Shown: piece by piece, positions 18,943-27,003 of the stretch
Numbering within the stretch: position 1 is the stretch's first letter
Layout of the letters: each line of letters begins with the position of its first letter
Virus record (IMG/VR): IMGVR_UViG_2778261177_000006
Direction: 5' to 3' (one strand)
DNA: 37,010 bases
Source: a virus
Taxonomy: Duplodnaviria; Heunggongvirae; Uroviricota; Caudoviricetes
Notes under the pieces: generated by a model
What the model was told of the DNA's origin: nothing
Databases searched by the model: none
Seen by the model: the letters and a program-made list of their open reading frames with translations, nothing else
Program-made: the position numbers and the translations under genes

Positions 18943-19995
18943 TTAGCTGTCGGCGAACTTCAGGCCAGTGACCATCGCGCACTTGCCATAGTCTTCAACG
19001 ACATAAGCGTCATTGATGGACTGGTAGGTGGCGATGCGGTTGTATTCCGGTTCGTCTTTCATCAGACGACGCATTGAACCTTTCTGCCAGTAAATCGACA
19101 GGTTGTTGAACGAGGTGATCAGCATCGTTGAATCCGGGAAGAACGGCGCAAGGAACACGCCCAGCCCGCCAATGGTGCGCGATGACAGAATGAGCTGCCC
19201 GGCGAGTAATTCCGCATTGGGATTCTGGCCGCTGATGCTGTTCAGCACGGGCAGACGCAGCGAGTTAAACAGGTTGCGCCCCATAATCACCACGAGGTCG
19301 TCAGCTTCCTTGTGCCATTCATCCAGCAGGGATGAGCGCGCGTCCTGTACCAGTGCATCAGCGTTCGCATACTTACCCGCGTGCGCCACGGTGTTGTCCA
19401 TGTTACGGGAGGTCAGCGTCACGTCATTCATAACGCGTTCGCTGGCGTCGGTTCTGATGTGCTCCAGCCAGCCCACGTTAACGTCCTGAAGCAGCTTGTT
19501 GGTGCTGAAGTTAGACTCATCCGCGTGAGACGTGCCGTTGAAACCGATCATGATGCGGTCAAGTGCCACCTGTCGGGCAATCTGTGCGCTGATGCGGGAC
19601 TGAAAATCAGGGTGTGCCGCCCAGGCATCAAGCTGCGGATATGAAATAAACGTGTCGTAGTTCACCTGTTCGCACTGGTATTTGCGGTTTTTCAGATCAA
19701 CCACGTTATTCGGGTTACGGCGTTTTGTGCCGTCATAACTGGTATTCGTGCGCGCAATCGGCCCGGTGGTATCCAGGAGGATTTTTTCGCCTTTCTGGTC
19801 GGTCACGCCGATCACGTTAATTCTTTTTGTAAATTCGGTGCTTTCCTTTGAGGCGTTTTCAAAACGCTGCTGTACCGAGGGTTCCACGGTAAATCGCGAT
19901 ACCAGTGCGGAAACCGGGATATTGTTAAGCGACGCCTGCTGCGCCATATAACAACCCAGCTTGTTGCGGGTAATATCTGACATCACCAGATTCAT
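18943..19995 (-). CDS. N: Major capsid protein N (350 aa)
   Basis: Size, AAGGAG RBS, and position between scaffold O and small terminase M. Confidence 0.9.
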   Translation of the reverse strand: MNLVMSDITRNKLGCYMAQQASLNNIPVSALVSRFTVEPSVQQRFENASKESTEFTKRINVIGVTDQKGEKILLDTTGPIARTNTSYDGTKRRNPNNVVDLKNRKYQCEQVNYDTFISYPQLDAWAAHPDFQSRISAQIARQVALDRIMIGFNGTSHADESNFSTNKLLQDVNVGWLEHIRTDASERVMNDVTLTSRNMDNTVAHAGKYANADALVQDARSSLLDEWHKEADDLVVIMGRNLFNSLRLPVLNSISGQNPNAELLAGQLILSSRTIGGLGVFLAPFFPDSTMLITSFNNLSIYWQKGSMRRLMKDEPEYNRIATYQSINDAYVVEDYGKCAMVTGLKFADS

Positions 19996-20018
19996 AAAAA
20001 ATTTGCTCCTTTGTCTTA

Positions 20019-20855
20019 TCAGAAGTCAGCCAGCTGGTCGGAGGCTGCGCCCGTTGCGGTGAACCGGTTCTGCGGATCGCCGTCCTGCGTGCGCAGTTTT
20101 TCCTTCAGTGCTGCCAGCTCTGTGGTCAGTGAAGTGATTTTCTGGCTGTCCTGCTGATGGCGGGTTTCCAGTGCATTAAAACGGTCGATAATGTCGGCCT
20201 GTGACGTTGCGACGCCTTCCACCGCTTCCTGAATGCGGGAGAAACTGGCGTCATCCGCTTTGCGGCCACGGCCAATAATCCCCATTACGCGGTTAAACCA
20301 CTGGGTGCCTTCTTCCTGGCGTTGTTCTGCCATTTCGATGATTTCAGACTCGATGGCTTCGGAGATAAGCGGTGCTTCACCCTGGACACTGTTGAACGTC
20401 ATCACCGCCTGACGTTGCTGTGCCGTGAATTTCAGGCGCTCAGTGCCCAGGCTTGCCGGGGTGTCGGTCATCGCCAGCCCGACCAGATAGGCGCGCCCGT
20501 TAACGGAGAACTGCGGGTGCAGTTCGATACTGGAATAGATTTTCTTGCCGTCAGCGACAAGCTGCTTCATGCGCTCGGTCGGTTCGATTTCTGCATACAG
20601 CGCAGTACGTCCGGCCAGCGGGCCTTCCGTAATATCTTCCGTACTCAGCGCGGTGACATCGCCCATTGCGGAAAATTCGCTTGACGGGCATGGCGAGAGA
20701 TAGTGCTCAACGTTCACGCGGGCAGCGTAAACATCCGGGTTGAAGTTCTCGGCGGCTTCACGCAGATGTACCGGACTGATTTCGCGGCCATCAACAGTTG
20801 ATCCGGAGACAGCCACGCGAAACTTTTTGCGGGATGTCTTTTTTTCATTAGCCAT
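20019..20855 (-). CDS. O: Capsid scaffolding protein O (start at MANEKK with AGAGGGG RBS)
   Basis: About 278 aa, first gene of the minus-strand late operon, divergent from the terminase gene. Confidence 0.85.
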   Translation of the reverse strand: MANEKKTSRKKFRVAVSGSTVDGREISPVHLREAAENFNPDVYAARVNVEHYLSPCPSSEFSAMGDVTALSTEDITEGPLAGRTALYAEIEPTERMKQLVADGKKIYSSIELHPQFSVNGRAYLVGLAMTDTPASLGTERLKFTAQQRQAVMTFNSVQGEAPLISEAIESEIIEMAEQRQEEGTQWFNRVMGIIGRGRKADDASFSRIQEAVEGVATSQADIIDRFNALETRHQQDSQKITSLTTELAALKEKLRTQDGDPQNRFTATGAASDQLADF

Positions 20856-21009
20856 AGTTTTTGCCCCTCTGACTGGTTCTTCAGTCATGATGGCAAAGCG
20901 TAACAGGCTGATACAAAGGGCTTTTGTTGTAAGAAAACGGCCAGAACAGGGGGGTAAGGAGAACGGTTTCGCGCGCGGGTAATCTTCCTGTAATTACTCA
21001 GGGGGAGCA
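20856..21009. promoter_or_regulatory. Divergent late-promoter region between scaffold O and terminase P
   Basis: Intergenic stretch separating two divergent late operons; no canonical TGT-N12-ACA Ogr site was found by eye. Confidence 0.35.
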
Positions 21010-22761
21010 ATGATTCAGGACGCTTTTGTGCGCCAGCGTGCGCGGCAACTTTACTGGCAGGGTTATCCGCCCGCAGAAATATCACGTCTGATGGGAATAA
21101 ACCCGAACACGATTTATGCGTGGAAAAAACGCGACCAGTGGGATGAAACGCCACCCGTGCAGCGTGTCACGCAGTCCATTGATGCGCGCCTCATCCAGCT
21201 TACTGAAAAACAGAATAAAACAGGCGGTGACTTTAAGGAAATAGACCTGCTGACCCGGCAGCTTAAAAAGCTGCATGATGGCCAGCCGGATGTGATGGCC
21301 GCAGGAAAGAAAGGCCGGGCGAAAAAACTCAAAAATCATTTCACGCCGGAACAGATTGCCGCACTGCGGGAAAAAATCATCAGCAGGCTGGAGTGGCATC
21401 AGCGGGGCTGGTTTGACTCCCTGACCCTTTGCAGGGAAGCCGGGATACGTAACAGGATGATCCTGAAATCCCGACAGATTGGGGCGACCTGGTATTTTGC
21501 ACAGGAAGCACTGCTGATGGCGCTGCGTGACGATGTGGCGCAACCTTACCAGCGTAACCAGATTTTTTTGTCTGCGTCGCGTCGTCAGGCGTTCCAGTTT
21601 AAAAGCATTATTCAGAAGGCCGCGGCTGAAGTTGATGTGGAGCTGAAAGGGGGTGATAAAATCATCCTCTCCAACGGCGCAGAGCTGCATTTTCTCGGCA
21701 CTTCTGCTGCGTCGGCACAGTCCTATACGGGCAATTTTTATTTTGATGAATTTTTCTGGGTCAGTCGCTTTGCTGAACTGCGCAAGGTGGCTGGCGCTAT
21801 GGCAACCCTCAGCGGACTGCGGCGCACCTACTTCTCCACGCCATCCACCGAAACGCACGAGGCATACGCCTACTGGAACGGCGACCGCTGGAACGAGAAA
21901 AAGGCCTCGCATAAACGCCAGCGTTTTTCTGTGGACTGGAAAACGCTGCATAACGGACTTATCTGCCCTGACCGGACATGGCGGCAGATTGTCACGCTGG
22001 AAGATGTGGTTAATCACGGCTGGAAACACACCGATATTGACGAAATCCGTGATGAAAACACCGAAGACGAGTTCCTCAATCTCTACATGTGTGAGTTTGT
22101 CCGCGAAGGGGAATCGGCATTTAACCTGAATATCCTGATTGGCTGCGGCGTTGACGGATACGACGACTGGAAAGACTGGAAACCTTTTGCTCCCCGCCCG
22201 ATGGGAAATCGTCCGGTATGGATTGGGTATGACGCAAACGGCAGCAGTGGCAACGGCGACAGCGGCGCTGTGTCCGTGGTGGTTCCTCCGGCTGTTCCTG
22301 GTGGCCGTTTTCGAACGGTGGAGACGCGACGCGTTCAGGGGCTGGAGTTTGAAGAACAGGCCAGAGTCATTGAAGAGTTCACGTGTCGCTACAACGTGGA
22401 ACACATCGGTATTGATGTGACGGGCGGGAACGGGGAGGCTGTTTATCAGATAGTGAAACGGTTTTTCCCTGCTGCTATTCCGTACACCTTCACGCTGTCA
22501 TCAAAACGGTCGCTGGTACTGAAAATGCTGCAAATAATGCGTGCCGGGCGGTGGGAATACGATCGCGCCGAACGCGAGCTGGTCGCGGCCTTTAACGCCG
22601 TGCGTAAGGTGAAAACACCGGGCGGCTTTATCACTTACGAAACGGACCGCGCGAGGGGGATCAGCCACGGCGACCTTGCGTGGGCAACCATGCTTGCTGT
22701 CATTAACGAACCGATTGGCGGCGAAGGAGAAAACGAGCGTTTCACGGTTATGGAGTTCTGA
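21010..22761 (+). CDS. P: Terminase large (ATPase) subunit P (583 aa)
   Basis: About 580 aa with ATPase-like N-terminal half and acidic nuclease-like C-terminal half; divergent from O as in P2. Confidence 0.9.
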   Translation: MIQDAFVRQRARQLYWQGYPPAEISRLMGINPNTIYAWKKRDQWDETPPVQRVTQSIDARLIQLTEKQNKTGGDFKEIDLLTRQLKKLHDGQPDVMAAGKKGRAKKLKNHFTPEQIAALREKIISRLEWHQRGWFDSLTLCREAGIRNRMILKSRQIGATWYFAQEALLMALRDDVAQPYQRNQIFLSASRRQAFQFKSIIQKAAAEVDVELKGGDKIILSNGAELHFLGTSAASAQSYTGNFYFDEFFWVSRFAELRKVAGAMATLSGLRRTYFSTPSTETHEAYAYWNGDRWNEKKASHKRQRFSVDWKTLHNGLICPDRTWRQIVTLEDVVNHGWKHTDIDEIRDENTEDEFLNLYMCEFVREGESAFNLNILIGCGVDGYDDWKDWKPFAPRPMGNRPVWIGYDANGSSGNGDSGAVSVVVPPAVPGGRFRTVETRRVQGLEFEEQARVIEEFTCRYNVEHIGIDVTGGNGEAVYQIVKRFFPAAIPYTFTLSSKRSLVLKMLQIMRAGRWEYDRAERELVAAFNAVRKVKTPGGFITYETDRARGISHGDLAWATMLAVINEPIGGEGENERFTVMEF

Positions 22762-23807
22762 TGAGCAGAAAAAATAAAAAAGTGCGCATGAGTTCACGCA
22801 TTGATCTCGCTGATGCGCTCAGGAAAGAATCATCGCTCAGTGCATTCACATTTGATGGTCCTTATCGCCTGACCGGGCATGACCTGCTGGACAATATGTA
22901 CTGTGCTGATAACGGGCGGTGGTATGAAACCCCGGTGGACTGGTACGGTCTGGCAAGAGCTGCCCGGCAAACGTCCTGGCATCAGTCTGCGCTTTACTTT
23001 AAGCGTAATGTATTGCTCGGCTGCTATATTCCGCATCCGCTGCTTTCCCGGCAGGATTTCTCGGCGCTGGCGCTGGACTGGTTTGTGTTCGGTAACGCAT
23101 TCCTTGAGCTTCGGAGCAATATGCTCGGCGAACCGCTTAAATTACGGCACGCCCTGGCGAAATACATGCGACGCGGAAGCGATCTTGAATCATGGTGGTA
23201 TGTGCAGGATGGCAAGGACGCGTTTCAGTTTCGCCCTGGCAAAGTGTGCCACCTGATGAATCCTGACATTAACCAGGAAATCTACGGCATGCCGGAATAT
23301 CTCGGCGCATTACTCTCGGCCAGCCTGTCTCATTCGGCGGACATGTTCAGAAAACTGTATTACGACAACGGATCCCACGCCGGGTGTATCATCTACATCG
23401 GTGCAGCGCAGGTAAACCGCGAAAGCATGGACTCCCTGAAAGAAACGCTACAGGGTGCACGTGGTGGTGGTGCGTTTAAAAACGTGCTCATTCATGCGCC
23501 CAACGGGGGCAAAGAAGGTGTGCAAATTTTGCCGTTCCAGCAGATCACCGCAAAGGATGAGTTCATGAATGTTAAGGCGGCATCCCGTGATGATGTGCTG
23601 GCTGCGCACCGCGTTCCGCCGCAACTGATGGGGGCGATGCCGGGTGAAAAAAGTGCGTTTGGTGATGTGGAAAAGGCCGCGCGGGTTTACGCAATTAACG
23701 AGCTGATGCCCGTTATGGAGGCCATGAAGCACATCAATGACTGGCTTGGCGAAGAGGTGATCCGTTTTAATTCTTATGCTCTTCTTGATGAAAAAACAGC
23801 CCCGTGA
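22761..23807 (+). CDS. Q: Portal protein Q (348 aa)
   Basis: Start overlaps the terminase stop (TGATG); size matches P2 gpQ. Confidence 0.9.
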   Translation: MSRKNKKVRMSSRIDLADALRKESSLSAFTFDGPYRLTGHDLLDNMYCADNGRWYETPVDWYGLARAARQTSWHQSALYFKRNVLLGCYIPHPLLSRQDFSALALDWFVFGNAFLELRSNMLGEPLKLRHALAKYMRRGSDLESWWYVQDGKDAFQFRPGKVCHLMNPDINQEIYGMPEYLGALLSASLSHSADMFRKLYYDNGSHAGCIIYIGAAQVNRESMDSLKETLQGARGGGAFKNVLIHAPNGGKEGVQILPFQQITAKDEFMNVKAASRDDVLAAHRVPPQLMGAMPGEKSAFGDVEKAARVYAINELMPVMEAMKHINDWLGEEVIRFNSYALLDEKTAP

Positions 23808-23828
23808 TGGGGCTGTCCTTTTTACCAG
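23796..23828. terminator. Bidirectional terminator between convergent portal gene and orphan gene
   Basis: Stem cagcccc/ggggctg with an A run on one side and a T run on the other; contains the portal stop codon. Confidence 0.6.
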
Positions 23829-24346
23829 AGTTGAACCATTTTCTGGGTGCCGTCAGGCTTGAGATTATCAATTTCAGAGAGAACGTAATATTGAATGGCT
23901 TCACAAACGGTGGTGTATGGTGAATTACCTTCTTTAAGTGGCACGATATTATTATTAACGCGAACCTGTATTTCATCGTTATACATTGCGATCGAAAGAG
24001 GAGTATGCACGAAGGCGACTTCGCCAGGTGTGTCGTCAACCACTGTCTCAATGCTGAAAATCAGTTTTCGCTCATCATTGCCGCCCCTTGCTTTGGGGGT
24101 AGCGGCAGGAATCTGAGATAAAGGCATTCTGCGAAACCCTTCAGCCGTTTCCAGTCCGCATGAAACGTAATGCTGGCGATTACCGTCGCTATCCGTCCAT
24201 GTCTGTGATGGCAGCTCCAGAGAGATTTCATAAGCATCAACAATTCCCTGGGCAATGCGTACAAGCGGGGTCAGGTCTTCATTGCGGCGAAAACTCTCCT
24301 TTACCTGATCTCGTTTTTCTCGTAACTGCTTGTAATTAATGACCAT
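23822..24346 (-). CDS. Hypothetical protein, about 174 aa (start at MVINYKQL with GGAGG RBS); function unknown
   Basis: Clean ORF with strong RBS, own terminator, convergent with portal; no family recognised; GC visibly lower than the structural genes. Confidence 0.55.
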   Translation of the reverse strand: MVINYKQLREKRDQVKESFRRNEDLTPLVRIAQGIVDAYEISLELPSQTWTDSDGNRQHYVSCGLETAEGFRRMPLSQIPAATPKARGGNDERKLIFSIETVVDDTPGEVAFVHTPLSIAMYNDEIQVRVNNNIVPLKEGNSPYTTVCEAIQYYVLSEIDNLKPDGTQKMVQLW

Positions 24347-24448
24347 AGAACAGCCTCCATTGATTTCTTTGCTCGTATTTTGCACTTATGAAGTGTGGTC
24401 GGCAAGGTGCCGCATCACTGACGCGCTTCGCTTGTCTGCTGCTTCGCC

Positions 24449-24471
24449 GGGGCATAAAAAATTTATGCCCC
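24449..24471. promoter_or_regulatory. Perfect palindrome ggggcataaa-aaa-tttatgcccc upstream of the orphan gene
   Basis: 10-bp inverted repeat with 3-nt spacer read directly from the sequence, in the promoter-proximal region of the 23822-24346 gene. Confidence 0.4.
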
Positions 24472-24844
24472 GACTCTCCAGCTCCTGTATCAATCAGATA
24501 ATTTCGCGACGTCTTCCGACTTATCGCTATCATCGACGGCCAGACTCTTACACAATCCCGCCGCGCTGACTGCATGTTCTCGCCGCCTCAGTGCGATTTT
24601 GACGGCCTTACCTTTCATCCCATCAAATCAGAACACCTTACGTCTTTTTCACGCTCAGCGTGAGCGATACAGCCATTTTGTTGTGTCGCTGCGACATCGT
24701 TCAGGGAATGCTATTTACCCCCTGAAACGCGGGCTGTTCCCCCGTCACCTGCGCGCAGAAAAAGCGCGTTTTTTTGTGCACGCACGGATCCTTGACGGAT
24801 CCAGCCGCCATGCGGGCCGGAAGGGTAAAAAGTCGTTCAAAAAA

Positions 24845-24871
24845 ATTGTGCAAATTTGTGCACTTTTGTGC
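24845..24871. repeat. Three direct TTGTGCA repeats phased at 10 bp
   Basis: ttgtgcaaat / ttgtgcactt / ttgtgcaaac in tandem, one helical turn apart, next to the terminator hairpin. Confidence 0.6.
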
Positions 24872-24877
24872 AAACAA

Positions 24878-24900
24878 AAAGCGCCCCTGAGGCGCTTTAG
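24878..24900 (-). terminator. Rho-independent terminator of the parMR-containing operon (agcgcc-cctg-aggcgct)
   Basis: GC stem directly after the last minus-strand gene, followed on the minus strand by a T run. Confidence 0.6.
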
Positions 24901-24932
24901 TGTTTTATAGGTTGTGTATATTGGCTGGGTCC

Positions 24933-25196
24933 TTATCCTGCTGTGCTTTCAACTGATGAGGGGAACAAAATCTTTTCATCAAACCCTGCATTCATATCAT
25001 GGACAGCAACACACCAATCCATTGACGAACGATTATCAAGAGCCTCCATGATTTCATCCATGCGGCGTAGGTCATACAGGTAAATGCTTTTATCGCCAAT
25101 GGTGTAAAAACCAATTTTTTTCGGTGATGGACAGCGATCAAGAACGTCCTGTAATTCGCTCAACCATGCTTGTTCTTTTTTTGTCAAAGTTGCCAT
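24933..25196 (-). CDS. Hypothetical protein, about 87 aa (start at MATLTKKEQ)
   Basis: Last gene of the parM-parR operon; tightly packed with the upstream ORF; no family recognised. Confidence 0.45.
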   Translation of the reverse strand: MATLTKKEQAWLSELQDVLDRCPSPKKIGFYTIGDKSIYLYDLRRMDEIMEALDNRSSMDWCVAVHDMNAGFDEKILFPSSVESTAG

Positions 25197-25197
25197 A

Positions 25198-25629
25198 TCA
25201 CTCTCCTTTGATGCCAATGTCTACAGCTTGGCAAGCCTCTTTGGTCACCCAGTCAATAGCGTCTTTCCATACTCCAGTTTCGACTGGCGGATTCTCACGC
25301 TTTACCTGTTCATAGAAACGCACCGCTCTAACCAGTCCATCTGGTACTGCTGGCGCTGGCGGCTCTCGATACATAGGGATAACACGTCGCGGGTCCGCGT
25401 ATTTATCTGGCGGACACTGAAATATCTCACCGAAACCATACTGCTTGACATCACGCAGTTCCTCATCATCAGTCCATGCAACAGGTTTCGCTTCCAGCGA
25501 TGTGAGTGCGATTTTCAGTGCGATTAACATATTGTGATCGTTTTCATCAAGGCCAAACGGGATGTCTTCACGACACGATTCAAGGTCTGCAATTTTGCGT
25601 TGTAACCATTTTTTGGGGATAGTTGCCAT
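25198..25629 (-). CDS. Hypothetical protein, 143 aa
   Basis: Co-directional and closely spaced after the parR-like gene; no family recognised. Confidence 0.5.
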   Translation of the reverse strand: MATIPKKWLQRKIADLESCREDIPFGLDENDHNMLIALKIALTSLEAKPVAWTDDEELRDVKQYGFGEIFQCPPDKYADPRRVIPMYREPPAPAVPDGLVRAVRFYEQVKRENPPVETGVWKDAIDWVTKEACQAVDIGIKGE

Positions 25630-25648
25630 AGATGCTCCTCTCCTGTTT

Positions 25649-25963
25649 TCACTCTGGGAAAAATGACTGAATGTTCTTTCTTATCTCGCTAGTGCTGTGA
25701 TTGCTTCCGGTGGCAGGTGCGCTGGCATATTTACTCTGAATATTATTCTTGGCTGGCGCAGCTCCTTCTTCCGGCCATTCGGCCAACCAATAGGCAAATG
25801 CAGGATCGCGTTTTATGAGTGCCAGCCCGGCCAGAAAGGCCGCGCGTTGCGCGCGGCTGCGTTCAGAGGCTGGCAGGCTGTCGAGGTAATTACACGCCTC
25901 CCGTTCACTATTGACGGCGACTGGCTTCAGATAGAAACTTATCCGTCTGGTTGGTGTCGTCAT
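25649..25963 (-). CDS. parR: ParR-like ribbon-helix-helix centromere-binding protein (about 104 aa, start at MTTPTRRISF)
   Basis: RISFYLKPVAVNSEREACNYLDSLPASERSRAQRAAFLAGLAL closely parallels plasmid R1 ParR (RTIAFKLNPDVNQTDKIVCDTLDSIPQGERSRLNRAALTAGLAL); AAGGAG RBS; immediately downstream of parM. Confidence 0.75.
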   Translation of the reverse strand: MTTPTRRISFYLKPVAVNSEREACNYLDSLPASERSRAQRAAFLAGLALIKRDPAFAYWLAEWPEEGAAPAKNNIQSKYASAPATGSNHSTSEIRKNIQSFFPE

Positions 25964-25967
25964 TGGT

Positions 25968-26927
25968 TTACTCCTTGTCCATTGCGTACAAACCATTGAC
26001 CAGAGCAAACTGTGGCACCCCGTCCGCGATGAAAGTCGCATTAACTCCGCAGGCTTCGCGGATAGCGGGTGCCACAATCTCCGCCCCGCCACCGACAACC
26101 ATCACCCGCCCGTAACCCGAAAAACCCGCCAGCGCGCGGATCACTCGTTGTTTCAGCGTTTCTTCCTTTTCACGAATAACCGCCATCAGGCTGTCGTAAT
26201 GCGCGTCATTGTGGATGTGCTGGCGCAGCCAGGCTTCATCGTGGCGATGTTCGATAATGGTATTGGCGATATGGTGACTGGTACGCATACCGTTAGTGGC
26301 CATCACCGACAGTACGGCATCGGCCATCAGGGAAACGCCTACGTGTGGATCGCAAAACACCTGGCTGATACCTGCCAGTTGTCCCTGGACCTTTGCCACA
26401 TCCAGCGTGGTTCCGCCTAAATCCACAATCAGCAGGGATTCAAACGGACTCATGTCAGCCAGTGCTTTAAAACCAGCCGGAATGGATTCAGGCATAACCC
26501 GTACGTTACGGATAGTGAATGCTTTTCCGTTCTGGTACGCCACCGGGCGCATGACGTTTGCTTTTTTGCGGTTGATGTTGGCCATGTCCGGCTGTGCGTT
26601 TGTGTCGAAATATTCGCTCAGTGGCAGGGTGACAACCACATCCACTTCCTGTGGTGTGATGCCTGATTTGACCAGCGCGTGATGAATGGCAATGACATTC
26701 ACATCGCTGTACTGGTATTGCGTGTCGGTCGTCTGGACAAAGCGATCGCTGACCGGATCAAAACCATAGCGCACGCCATCAAGCATGTAGTTTGCGGGCT
26801 GCGTGCCACCGAACGGCGCAGACCATTCCGACTTGAAGCTGTTCGGGCTGATGGCGTTGCGGCGTTCGCCGTTCTCAGTCCATGCCAGCTTGATGTTGGT
26901 GGAGCCGTCGTCGATACAAATTTTCAT
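25968..26927 (-). CDS. parM: ParM/StbA-family actin-like segregation ATPase (319 aa)
   Basis: Near-complete colinearity with R1 ParM landmarks: IDDGSTNIKL, SPNSFK, YSDVNV-A-HHAL, KKAN, VMPESIPAG, DLGGTTLD, GVSL, VMV-GGGAE, LVNGLY. Confidence 0.85.
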   Translation of the reverse strand: MKICIDDGSTNIKLAWTENGERRNAISPNSFKSEWSAPFGGTQPANYMLDGVRYGFDPVSDRFVQTTDTQYQYSDVNVIAIHHALVKSGITPQEVDVVVTLPLSEYFDTNAQPDMANINRKKANVMRPVAYQNGKAFTIRNVRVMPESIPAGFKALADMSPFESLLIVDLGGTTLDVAKVQGQLAGISQVFCDPHVGVSLMADAVLSVMATNGMRTSHHIANTIIEHRHDEAWLRQHIHNDAHYDSLMAVIREKEETLKQRVIRALAGFSGYGRVMVVGGGAEIVAPAIREACGVNATFIADGVPQFALVNGLYAMDKE

Positions 26928-26958
26928 GTCGCTTTTCCTTATGTTGATTAATTAATCG

Positions 26959-26997
26959 TTTACGGGATTCTGAAATCCCGTTTTTGCCTGTTTTGTG
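26959..26997. repeat. 38-bp repeat unit 1 (tttacgggattctgaaatcccgtttttgcctgttttgtg) with internal palindrome, upstream of parM
   Basis: Contains inverted repeat acgggatt-N-aatcccgt followed by a T-rich tail; near-identical copy 73 bp away. Confidence 0.6.
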
Positions 26998-27003
26998 TGC
27001 GCT

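Noticed and set aside
20856-21009. Canonical Ogr-dependent late promoter motif (TGT-N12-ACA) in the O/P intergenic and D/FI intergenic regions
   Set aside because: By-eye search found only imperfect spacings (N15, N18), so no late-promoter site is asserted; a position-weight-matrix scan would be needed.
21082-22404. 440-aa minus-strand ORF
   Set aside because: Fully antisense to the large terminase gene, which has the expected size, synteny and coupling to the portal gene.
24390-24930. Retron-like msr/msd non-coding RNA in the structured non-coding stretch
   Set aside because: No reverse transcriptase gene anywhere in the window and no characteristic long inverted repeats flanking an msd-like region.
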